Positions 12,656 to 24,870 of a DNA stretch of 64,000 nt are shown here, piece by piece. The position numbers and the translations under genes are program-made. How positions within the stretch are numbered: position 1 is the first letter of the stretch; each line of letters opens with the position of its first letter. The notes under the pieces are model-generated. The model searched no databases and was not told where the DNA came from. It worked only from the letters and a program-made list of their open reading frames with translations. This DNA comes from Trichinella spiralis. Its lineage: Eukaryota. The stretch covers positions 642,388 through 706,387 of the forward strand of contig NW_003526947.1 of assembly GCF_000181795.1 (NCBI RefSeq). Direction: 5' to 3'.

Positions 12656-15398
12656 CAACATCTTGTCCATTTCTTCTTATCTATCACTACCGATCCCACA
12701 AATCATCACATACGCACACCTGTTCAAGGAATCTATTTTAAACAGTGCAAAGTCATATTAGCTTTCGTTTCTGTTTTTTTTCCTTTTATCAAACTTCTTC
12801 AAGAAAAATTATACCCTATTGATCAACTTTTTATTCCTATATTACAACGCTTTTTTGATTCTTCGAAAAAAAATTTTCTTTAATTTTAAATTTTCACCTA
12901 CATTCGTTCACATAGTCCATATACGGATACGCTGTTCATATAGTTTGCATGATTTTTTGTAGAAAACTTAAAAAATGACTGTTCATTAATAAAAATACTT
13001 TTTCCATTTGAATTTTTACATGAAATTTAAAATTAAAATTAAATGAATATCAGTGCCAATATGTTAATAAAATTGGTGAGCCGTTTTTTCAATATTAGAC
13101 AAATGCCATTGACCATCTTTTGCATTCATTTTCTCGCATCCATATTTCCAATTTCTCTTGCACAACACCATTTAGCCGCTCAACCGCACCTTGTTTTGAG
13201 AGTGTAGGGGGCTACCCGTGACGAGCTTCAACTCTGGCCAACATGTTTTGAAAATTCCCGACCGTTGTCGGATTGCAGAATGCCAGAAAGCTAAACAGAT
13301 AAAAAGCCTAATGCAAAACTTCATAATGTGATTCAAACAAGCCCTGATATATATATATTTATTTATTTATAATCATCATCAGGCATAGTTTGACCATTTA
13401 TCAAGTCCACCTGGGCTCGTGACATCACATTTGTACTTGCCAGTGGTTTAACACTTGGCTTTTTGGGAGCTTTCTTGTTCTCTTCTTTTGGCATTCTTTA
13501 CAAAACGTGAGATACAAATGACACGCTTCCTGTATGACGCTGGTTCATTTATTCTGTGCTTCTCGATGCATCTTATTTCATCATACTTGCCCAATCAGAT
13601 TAGTTTATTTTCCTTGCCGCTTTTTAAAACTTCATGCCAATTTTTAAATTATAATCAAGAACAAATTTTGGACCATCTGATTGGATTCACAAAATGTCAG
13701 TAATTATTTAATCTCGCTGTGAAGTTGCATTCTATTCTTTTCTTTAATCAGAGCACAGAGCTTTTCTGCATACACAACCTTTTTATCTATTAGAACTTTA
13801 ACAAATTTAGAAGTGGTCGACTTTTCCTTACATATAACTTTCGTAATGAATCTATTTAATGGCGCAAATTATTCGGACCGTATTTGAACCTAATTAATAT
13901 ACAACCCAATAAAATTGCCTGTTATTCATATTAGGCAATCTTTTTGTTTATTATCAAGAATAGGCAATTTTCAACATTATGCGTAACATATATATCAAGA
14001 ATAACCAAAAAATTATTGCAACATATAATGCAATAAACCTATAACTAATTTCACTGGTAGGATGATAAGAAGTACTGCTTTGAATGATTTACAGTGCAGA
14101 TAAGAATATGATCAACCTTTTGTTTTGTCTAAAGACATTATCGAATATTTGTTTTAAAGTGCAAAGATCTTTCCTCAAAATTTCATATTTATGCTAACCT
14201 ACTCATTCGGTCAAGTAATGAAAATGTTAATTATTATTATTATTAATTTTGATTTAGAAATGTGAATCTGATTTTGAAAGTATTGTTTACAGAAAAATGA
14301 GACGAATTGAAGAATCATCATGAAGCAGTGATGAATGAAGAAACGTGTAAGAAACTAATAAATTACTTGCAAAGCAATGTTTTCCTATGAATCAGCATGT
14401 AATAGTGGAGTAAATTGCAAAACAAACAAGCACAGAAAGATGAAGATAAACATGGCAGATAAGCAAAGAAAATGAACTAATTTTTCAACAAAATCAAGAT
14501 TGTTGAACAAATTATTCATGAAAACAGGGTTTCCAAGTTCAGTTTTGAGCTTTAATAAATCAAATTTTCAGACGTGCATCGTTTTGATTTAAAGAGAAGA
14601 TGGATGAGATTTTGAGAAGAATCATGCAAATGCCAACAGGGCGACGATGATGAATCAACACATATGATAATGCACAAACAAAACGCACGTTCACATTAAT
14701 TTCACCATTTATCATTGTTGTTGATGTACTTTTCATCAGATAACAACAGCAACAACATGCTTATTATACAATCTGTGCAAAAACTTCACTGATTTTCCAG
14801 ATAGATAAATAAATAAATAAATAATATTCTTTCCTTCATCTTGTCTTCTATTACAAAAGTTTATGGACAATTTAAATAAATGAACAATTAATTACTTGTA
14901 ATCTAATTTAAAAAGCAAAATCAGACTTGTTAACAAAGTGACAAATTTTGAATAAATGCTGTTCATAATTTTATATATTTATATTTTATTACTTCAGGAG
15001 ACATTCAAGCTGCAAACAACAGTGATGTATAATAAAACTGAAAATGAAAGTGAATATAAAAATGGCTAGCAAATATTCATCATCGAAATTCGTGACTACA
15101 TGATAAATTAAAAGTTCGTTATGCTTTATGACAAAAATTTATATTAATTCTTTTGCTTATACAAGCAAACAGATTTTTTCTTCCAACACAGACTAACAAG
15201 CGAGGCAAGTAGCAGTAGTAGCACATGAAGCGGAAGTTGCTATCAGCAATTTTAAACTGTGAATACACATAATTTTGAAAAAAAGAACATCAGACGAAAT
15301 AAGTTGACGAGACGAAAAAAAGAAAGAAGAAATAGAAAAACCACTGGCAGAAAGATTGTTGAAAACAACGAAGCCTGCACTGGAGGAATGCTTTACTG

Positions 15399-16616
15399 TC
15401 AACCAAATAAAACTCGGTTTTTCTGCAAGGCAGTAATTCTCTTAAATTCTACAAAAAGAAAAACAATTTTTCATTTAATCAAACATTTTCAAAAATAATC
15501 ATAATCTTAATCATAATTATTACATTACATGCTAATGTTAACATAAACCATTAACATATTTACGTATATAAAAGTAAAATAATAAGAATAATAAGTGACT
15601 AAATATAGAGAGAAAAAGAGAAGAAACTTACCATCATAATTGATCAAACCATCACCGTTGCAGTCTGCTGCTGAGATCATCAAGTTGATCTCTTTTGTGC
15701 TGACATCTTCTCCTAAGTTTTCCATAGCTTTCTTCAGCTCTTGTGGAGAAATGAAACCATCTCCATTCTGGTCGAACAGCTGCATAGAAAATACGAGCAA
15801 AGTTGAAATATTTGAAAATATATTTTTTAAAAATGAATCATATACTTGAAAAATCATTGATAATTCTTGCTCTTCATTGATTGGTATTTGTCGGCCAGTT
15901 AAAAAGCAGACAAATTCTGAAAAATCGATCTCACCATTGCCTAAAATATGACAACAATGTCAATAAATGTTTCTCATCAAAGATAAATGTGTCAGTGCAT
16001 GTGTGCATTGGTATTTTTTGTTTCGTTTTTTCATTACCATCTGCATCTGCTTGGACAATCATGCTTCTTGTTTCTTCAGTCGTGGGATTTAAACCCAAAC
16101 TGCTCATTACTGTATACATTTCACTGGCAGTAATAAAGCCATCTCGATTTTGATCAAACATCTCAAATGCAAAGCGATACTGCTCGACAAGTTCTTCAAC
16201 ATTTCGAAAAGGTGCATTTGAATTTACCTTCAATAAATAAATGGACATGTTAATAATTAAAAAAATTAAATGTATATATATTGGTGTACATGTTCTGCAT
16301 CATAAGATGTGGAGACCAGATCGTTCGACGTGGTGACAGGATGTGACTGCTTGGAACCATTATTAGTACTGTTGGTAATTGGCTTGAAAAGGAACATGCC
16401 ACACCGGCGAAATACTTTTCCGAGTCGCAGACGCGACTCCGAAATACGACGAATGGCCTTCAGTTTTTCGGTTTGTTCAGCTTCTTCCTAAAAATAATGA
16501 AATTCAATTGCAAATGATCATCGATGCTTTTAGCTAATTAGCATGCCGATGATTGAGCCGAAGTTAACCTGTTGAAATTGATAATACGAAAAACTGCACT
16601 TGTTACAAAATTGCAT
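15399..16616 (-). CDS. Calmodulin-like four-EF-hand protein with N-terminal extension, multi-exon
   Basis: Spliced reading gives AFEMFDQNRDGFITASE, ADADGNGEIDFSEF, LFDQNGDGFISPQE and AADCNGDGLINYDEF, ending KRITALQKNRVLFG* at 15399. Upstream exons near 16290-16488 and 16569-16616 are plausible, but the start is uncertain. Confidence 0.88.
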
Positions 16617-19600
16617 ATTAACACAGAATAATATACATTGGAGAAAATGTTCTAATTTTGTTTTTTTGTGTTATCTCAAACTATCATTTTAAAGCAAACG
16701 AAAGCGAAAAAAAAGAACGAGAAAACTGGCTACTGCTCTATAATTTAACTTCAAATGAAACTTGTTAAATTTGATTGCCATAATTAATTAATGAATTAAT
16801 TCACTCTTTTTTTATTTTTATTGTTCTGTAATTAGTTTTTTATGTTTTTTGAAAAAAACAAAGTGAAAAGAGAATTTTTATGATTACAAGAGATGAAATG
16901 CAAATTGCAAATGAGATAACAGTGTATAAATGGGATAAATTACAATACACAGAGAGAGAGAGAGAGAGACAGAGGAATAGATACAGACCCAGACCCAGAT
17001 GTAGATAATTTCAAACAATTATTTCCCGTGCCATTTGGATGTGAAAAACACTATGCAAACTGACGGAGAAAGGTGCAATTCTTGACAACTTCACTCGCCA
17101 TATATTTCATTATTGAAAAGAAAAATGTTTTCTCACACGCCCGGGGCAAAACAAATGATGCACGCTTCTACATCAACTTCAGTCATTCAATTGAAGCCAT
17201 GTTAATGACGTAATTTACATACTAGACGTAAAGCAAATATCATGTCATTGGAAAAACAAACTGAAACACCAATTCACTTGCCTTGATCATTGCCTCAAAT
17301 AGCACAGTTTTGTATCAAATCAACTTAATCACTTGCTTATAACTGTATAAAAATATGCTTATAATATATATATATATATATATATATTCTTCAAGAATAT
17401 GCAACTCGTTTTGTGATTTCGCAGCAAACAACAGCACAATAACAACAATTTCAACTACCTCAATAATAAGATACAACTGACAACCAGCTTATGCAAATAA
17501 GCTGAATGTGTGGATTTTGGAAGATGCTTTTTATTTTTCTTTTTTTTTAAATTAAGAACAATAAAACTCCTTTTATTACCCAATAAAAACTGCAATGGTA
17601 AATTTATGCTGTTGTGGAAAAGAAAATGAATTAATTTTTTTTCTTTAAATAAACCAAAAAAAACAAAATATAATACGTTAAATTGTCACTGATGGATGAA
17701 ATATTCAATAAAGAGGAAATAAAAAAAGAAAAATGCAGGATAAATCAATATCAAGTATTACCTTAATCATGGATAATTGAAAATAAAATTTGATTTATAT
17801 GATCACAGACTGACCAGGGGAAATGTTCAAGTAATAGAAAAAAAAGAAAAACTACAATGAATGTTTTGAACCTTAAAATATGAACTTGAACAAGCTGAAA
17901 CATTTTTTTCAATCAAAATATTCAAGTACAAAATACAGGGATATATGTATTTTTAATTTTCAGTTTTATTCTCCAATATTTTTTGAAATTTAATTATTTT
18001 TGAAATTTACAAATATAAAACACTCACGAATGCACTATGTTTATTAAAAAAGAAACATAACAGAATTAAATATTTTTGTTAACGACAAAGTTGGCAGTAA
18101 GCGATTGTTTATTCGTAATTAATTTTGTTATTATTAAAAGAATGCAAAATGAAAAATAATTTATTTTTTTTATTTTACCACTAATTTAATGTTAATTCAA
18201 TTCAATTGAATAATAAACAAATAATAACTTCACTTACTTGAAAAATATTTTCGAATTTGCTTAGTGATAAATTATGAAAACTCGGAAAACGTTCAATTGC
18301 ACTTAAAACAATTTTCCAAAGTTAAGCCGCTTTCTGCCCGTTATTTCTCTTCTTCTTCTTCTTCTTCTTCTTCTGTTTCTTCTTCTCTTTTTTAAACTTT
18401 ATTTTGTTTAAAAATTTAAAACATTATCTTCAATAGTGTTTTAATTTTAAAGTGTGATAGAGATACTGAGTGCACTTTAAAAATAAGATGAATGACATAG
18501 AAAGGATCCTATGGAAATGATCCTTTTCCGCATTCCTGAAATAAGTGCCCTCTTTTGCATGCAGTGCATATCAATTTAAAATTATTTCAAATAAAATTAA
18601 ATTTTTTTCATAAATTTTGCTATAAATATTATTATTTCATAAAGTTTTTAATAAGAGAAATTAAAAAAAAGACATACATACACGCACAACAGTTGTAATG
18701 AATATTTATTTTGAAAAATGCCTTTAAAAGAAAAAAGTGTACAATACAATGAAGGAATTTTGAAATATATGCAAAAATGAATGCTGATCTTGACAAAGTA
18801 AGGTTCAGTTGTACTGTAGTAATAAAATGTTCAACTGTACTGCAATAATAATAATAATAGTAATAATGAAATGTATAATTCACTTTGTGATTTTCAGATC
18901 AATGAATTGCTGCACTCATAGTGGAAAGGATAATTATTTTATCATGATGAACAGTGAGACACTGCAAACAATTGAACAGACAATTAGCTTGCACAAACGA
19001 CCAAATATGATTAATAATAATAATAATAATGCAGACAGATTGCCAATCTTATCAAGTGAACAATCCAGTGAATGAAAACTGATCGTCAAACAATAAAAGA
19101 GATTGCTGTATAAGTTTCTGCAATGTTTTCTTTGTCATCTTGTCGTTAAACATTTTTATTAAATAATACATATCTGTATGTGTATTGCGCGGCTTTAGAA
19201 ATGCAAACGGGGCATTGTTGTATTGATTTGACCGAAATGTGTATATTTATTTACGCATTTACGTTCATTCAGTTAAAATTACATATTTGATGAAAATAAT
19301 TATTGCAAAACAATTTTGAAATTTACCAAACATTCATAATTTATTTTTATTGCACATTCAGTTTTGTCTTATTCATTCATTGAAAAGACTTTTCAATTTT
19401 GATCCAATTTAAACATGAACCTGCATTTTCAGTGACACATTTCCATGCAATGACAAATTTTACAGTAATAACGCAGTTCAAATAAAAAAAGTTACAATAA
19501 ACAGTAATGAGGATGTTTATTAAAAAAGAAAACCGGGTGATGTTAATAAATTTTGAATTTCAAAACAATACTGTTGTTTTTTTATAAAGAGTTTTACCGT

Positions 19601-22101
19601 TTCTTTTTGTACGGCCATGCTTGTTTTTGTAATGTTTTAAAAATTTATTTATGCCAATGAAAAAAAATAATCAATGCTACTTCAACACCAAGCATAGGTT
19701 AAATTATATTTGTATTGCATAGCATTGTTAACCTGTAACAGTACCTACCCGACGCGTTCACTGGACATATATGCAAATTTTAAGTTTTTTTATTAATTAC
19801 AAGAAAAATGTACACAGTTTATTAGACAATACAAATTATTCAAACTATTTAAAGCAAAAGATAATATGTTGGTCAATATATTGAATGAAAGTTTTCAATC
19901 ATTCGATTCTTTTTGTAATAAAAATTTATTCTTATGGAGTAAGCAATAAACACTAGTTTCAGTTTTTTGGATAGCTGACCATAAAAAATAAGTATATTTG
20001 CTTGAATTTTAATAAAATTTCAAATGCAAACAATCAAAAGCTGAACAGTTTTTACGAAATAGTGCATAATTTGGAAAAAATATTTTGGTAATTTATTGAA
20101 AAAAGCTTTTATCAATAAATAATATCTCGAATAGGATCTAATAAATGGAGAATGAAAAAATTTAATAAAACGATTTAAACATAAATAAAGAGGAAGAAAA
20201 CGAGGAAAAGGAAAAATTAGACAAATTTACCATTTCACAGGCGAGATTTCAAGTTGAATGGAAAGATGAAATTTGCTTATTTGATGAAAAAGAGTGAACT
20301 TTTCCTGCCCAGAGATCAGATAACTTTGCAGCAAGTGAAAGCATTCATAATAATGCAATGTGCCAACTTCCTCGTGCGCCATATGACGTGAAAAATTCAC
20401 ACAGAAAAATTCTTTCATTCGTCATTTGTTAACAAAAAAAAAAGACGACATCTTGGTCAAAATTGCTAACTTCTTTGTTTCCACAGCAACAACAACAATT
20501 ATGCGCATATTTCAAATTTAAAATTTCATAAAAAACATATTATTTCAAAAAAAAGTGAAATGAAATAAAAAATAACTCTTTTATATTTGAACGTTTGCAT
20601 TCATTTTCGAAATATTTGCACCGCTGTTTAACAAATTTTCTTCCCAAATTTCCTCACAACTTATGAAATATAATTTATTTTTATTAAGCATTTTTAGATG
20701 AAATGCTACACAACTGTTGACATTTATTCCATTATTTATTTATCTATATTTATATTTATATGTAAGATGTATTTTTGAAATATTCGCGAATTCACAGTGA
20801 ATTTGCATTGTTTAATTGCGTCAACGGCATTTCTTTTTCCGTTTAATTACAGAACTTACTTTAAAATTTATTTTATCATTTTATTTCTTAAGTATGGAAA
20901 ATATTTTATTTACATTATAATTTTTATTTTGCAATTCCGCATTCAATGAATTAGAAAAATACTTGAGCAGTTTAATATTCCGCTGAACTAATAAGCGTGA
21001 TGTGAAAACAACAGTCACAAGTAATGTAATACATTTCAGGATAGAGGGCAGCTGAGTCGGTGGTGTCAACACCTTATTAACCACCACTACCAACAACAAC
21101 TGAACGGATTATACATTATCATAATTCTGCTTGCATAATTTGTGACTGCGGTAACGGTGACCGCTGACTAAAATTCAGGTGGACAAATTTCACCACCAAT
21201 ACATCAATAACCATTATATGATACAACAGACGTGTTGAAGGTACACCTAGCTGGTGATCTTTCCTTCAGTAAGAGAGATTCGGTCACATTATTTATATTG
21301 ATGCTGGATTTCCATGTAGCAGTTTCCAATATTCGACAATTGTTCACTCATCGTTTGAATATTGCCATTCTTACAAAATGTACTCCCATACACGTATGCA
21401 ATGGCATCGAAACTTGAATATATTAGAAATCTCAGATAGTAGGGCGCTATTCATCAGTAGCGTGCTTCAAATATTTTGAAATCTATAAGTTTATTAATAT
21501 TTTACAATGCCACTTCATCAAAATAATATAACATGTTCAAAGAGACTACTTAACACCCACTGTCACTTGATAAATAATTAACGTTCTATACTGTAACTTG
21601 GCACTTAATTTTTTCTAACTTTTCTACTTTACTAATAATTTTCTTTTGTATGTATTTTTCCAGTTTTTCTATAATTGCTAGTATTAAGTCAGGGTTGGTT
21701 TCTTTTTTTTTTAATTTGACGAAACAAATTCAAGTTTCATATTGTAAGATGATGAACTTTCAGAATAACTTCTTTCTCAAACTGGTTTGTTATTTTGGAT
21801 ATAATATAAATTTAATTTTACTGAAAATTTTATTATGAACTGAGATAATATTGCCACTGTTAAATTGTTTGTTAATTTTAAATAAATTTAGTATTTTGTT
21901 TTTATTCATTGATGTTATTTTTCGCTTTTGCTTTCTACGCAATGCTCTCGGCAAAATGTGCGCTTTTTGTGAAAACTTTATCGTGTAAATGTAAAATTAA
22001 AATTATTTTATTTCAAATCATAACGACATTTCAATTAGCTATTATAAATGGCTTTCTAATAATAATTCAGATTGTACTTTCGCATTCAGCTATCTACTGA
22101 A

Positions 22102-23376
22102 ATGGTGTTACCCAACGATTTTCCTTTGCCATCTGATGAAGAACTCACAGTCGCTCAAGATTTGAACATTTCTTCTCCTGCTTTGAGAGCAGCTGCTTAT
22201 CATATGGGAAAATATTGCGATACACAGTCCAAAGTAAGCCTTTGCATTTAGAAATTATTCAAAGTCATTAAACATATAATGATATAATTTGCATACACTT
22301 ATTGACAGTTATTATAGAAACGAATTTTTGAAATATATAAAATGCTACTTTATGTTTTTATTGATTTGCTTTTTATATTGAATACAATGGAAATTTTTGT
22401 TTTCAGTCACGTGACAATCAGACATATTAAACAAGAAATTCAATTTTATTATTAACTTGGTAAAAGTAGCATGTGGTGCGATAGCGATAGCATTTTTGCC
22501 TATCATTTTGGAGTCTTTAATTTTTACATTAACAAAATACGGTTGATGTTTTTTTAGGGAATCATGATTTATCGTTTGTAAAATGTGACGTTTTGATAGA
22601 AGAAAATTTGAATATTTTATTATTTTAAAAAAACTGAACAATTTACACAGTGATTTTATGTTTGAATTTATAAAAATAACAAACTAATAAAACATAATAC
22701 AGTACTGTAATGATATTTAAGTATAAGTTTGTTGATAATATTGAAAATTAAATTAAGAAATGTGATGGTTCTTTTAAAAAATTAAATGACAGAGTAATAG
22801 TTGTTATATATATTTTTTTACTCTTATTATTACTTATTATTCTTATCTTTTTATTGTTTTCATTAAAGTTGGCTAATGAATGTGCATGCAGGAATTTATA
22901 TTGTGCCGAAATGAAACAGAGGATCCACGGAAGTGTCTGAACGAAGGCAAAGAAGTTACTGCTTGTGGTGTTAAATTTCTTCAATTGGTTAAGAAAATGT
23001 GTTTGGAAGAATTTAACAAGTACATGCATTGTATCGATCATGGATCAGCAGAAATGCTTTTAGTACAGTACGATCTGATAATATTTAATTAATTATTGAT
23101 ATTGTTTTATTTTATTTATTTTAAAATTACAGTTGCCGTTCATCACAGAGAGTTTTTGATCGTTGCATGTTCGAAAAATTAAACATGGAACGACCACCAC
23201 TTGGTTATTTCAGTCGTCCTAGAATTCACGTTACAAATCGACCAGCACCAGTCAATAATGACTTTCCAGATTATAAAAAAGAAGCGAGCAAGATTATTAA
23301 TGAGTTGCCTGAAGACTATCCAACTAGAGAAGAACACAAACGTTATTACGAGCCACATAACAATCCATTTATGTGA
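22102..23376 (+). CDS. NDUFA8: NADH:ubiquinone oxidoreductase 1 alpha subcomplex subunit 8; 3 exons
   Basis: MVLPNDFPLPSDEELTV...SSPALRAAAYHMGKYCD|gtaag, then EFILCRNETEDPRKCLNEGKEVTACG, CLEEFNKYMHCID, CRSSQRVFDRCMFEKL...RPPLGYFSR. CX9C cysteine pattern typical of NDUFA8. Confidence 0.93.
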
Positions 23377-23438
23377 AAATGGATGGATGTTGAAAGTTCC
23401 ATTATATATTTCATTTTATTGGCTAATGAAATCTTTTT

Positions 23439-23768
23439 TCACTTTATTACAGTTTTCTGCTTTAGTGTGGGATTTTTCGACAAATAAACTTTCTTATATT
23501 TGTTATTTTTGGCAACAACTTTGGCGCCAAAACCAGCAGCGGTAACCATGCCGTCGACTTCGTCAGAAAGCCACGACTTCGTATAACTGTACGGTTTCTC
23601 TTCTGGGATCGCATTTTCTTCGAAATAATCAACCAGCCGCAACCGTATTTTTGGGTCTCCATTTCCAGTAAAAGGCGGCAGCGCTCTACAGGAATGTCTG
23701 GGCGTTGCCGTTAACGGGCATAACGGGAGTACTTTGTTGGATCCCATCCTCGTCGCCATTTGTAACAT
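23439..23768 (-). CDS. Hypothetical single-exon protein (109 aa), no recognised family
   Basis: GC-richer than its flanks; minus-strand AATAAA (plus-strand tttatt 23415-23420) about 20 nt past the stop; TATA-like TATATAT near 23938-23945. No homology recognised. Confidence 0.45.
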   Translation of the reverse strand: MLQMATRMGSNKVLPLCPLTATPRHSCRALPPFTGNGDPKIRLRLVDYFEENAIPEEKPYSYTKSWLSDEVDGMVTAAGFGAKVVAKNNKYKKVYLSKNPTLKQKTVIK

Positions 23769-24870
23769 CTGTGGTTACTGTAAACTTTTGTCAGTCATTC
23801 ATGCAAAACATCTCTGGTTTTCAACGTTTATTCACAAACAGATACGAACACTAACAACCCGCACAGTTTCATTCACACTCGCTCTAGTACACTCTGAACT
23901 GCCATACTACGCATACTGACTAAGCTCCACAGTCGCGCTATATATGTAGGAAACTGTTTGTGCTGCTAGATAGACGCCGTTCTCCTTTTTAAATCGGCCA
24001 GCGTAATTATCGTTCTTGAATTGGCGCCTACGTTATTTCTTCCTTCCAATCTTGATTTTCTTTTAATTGTTAACGCAATTGCACCCGTTACACAAATAAT
24101 TAGAGTGAGATTTAGCTGTTAATTTGTTAATTTAATTTTTTACTTTTTATTTAATACATTATCATTTATTTAAACCGTAAAAAATGTAATTAGTGATAGA
24201 ACAAGCTAACAAAATGAGCAGATCTTTAAAACTTGAATAATCTGTTTATACTGTATTTTTTACAGTACCGTATTGAAAAAATGTATCGTTGTGTTTGTAT
24301 TGGATTTTTGGCAATGTTCTATGTCCTGTTGTAACTTTACTTTGCAAAAATTACTAGTTCAGGAAAGGATGTATTGCATTTTAAAATATTACTGCTTTAA
24401 TTGTTGGTTCTGAATAGCGATAGCTGAGATTTTATTTTGTGACCAAACAAAGTAGCATAGTGGACGGATATTCATAATGAATTTAGAATTATTTCTCTTT
24501 TTCATATAAACATGCATATGTGTGCAAAATGGGCAGCTGAGGATTTTACGTCGTACTTGAAGATTGATAGCTTTTATTTTATACAGAAAGAATCTGACAG
24601 CTTAAACGTCGATCATTGTTGAACGCAACAGACTGTGCGTTGGCAGTTGTAAGTATAATTTATGCTTTCTTGTTTTCTTTTAGTGAATATAAGGTCAAAT
24701 TTTTTTAATGAATGCATTTTAAATTGAACGCTTTCCATTTTGCGTTGTCCGCATCCTTTTTATGTGGAAATGTTTAAATTTTTTAAATGTGAGAATTTTG
24801 CACTTTAAGGAATGAAGTAGAACATATTATATCAGTTGAACAAAATTTGCACATTTAATTTGACAATCAA

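Noticed and set aside
20990..21440. GC-richer block with short ORFs upstream of NDUFA8
   Set aside because: Stops in all frames tried and no consistent exon chain.
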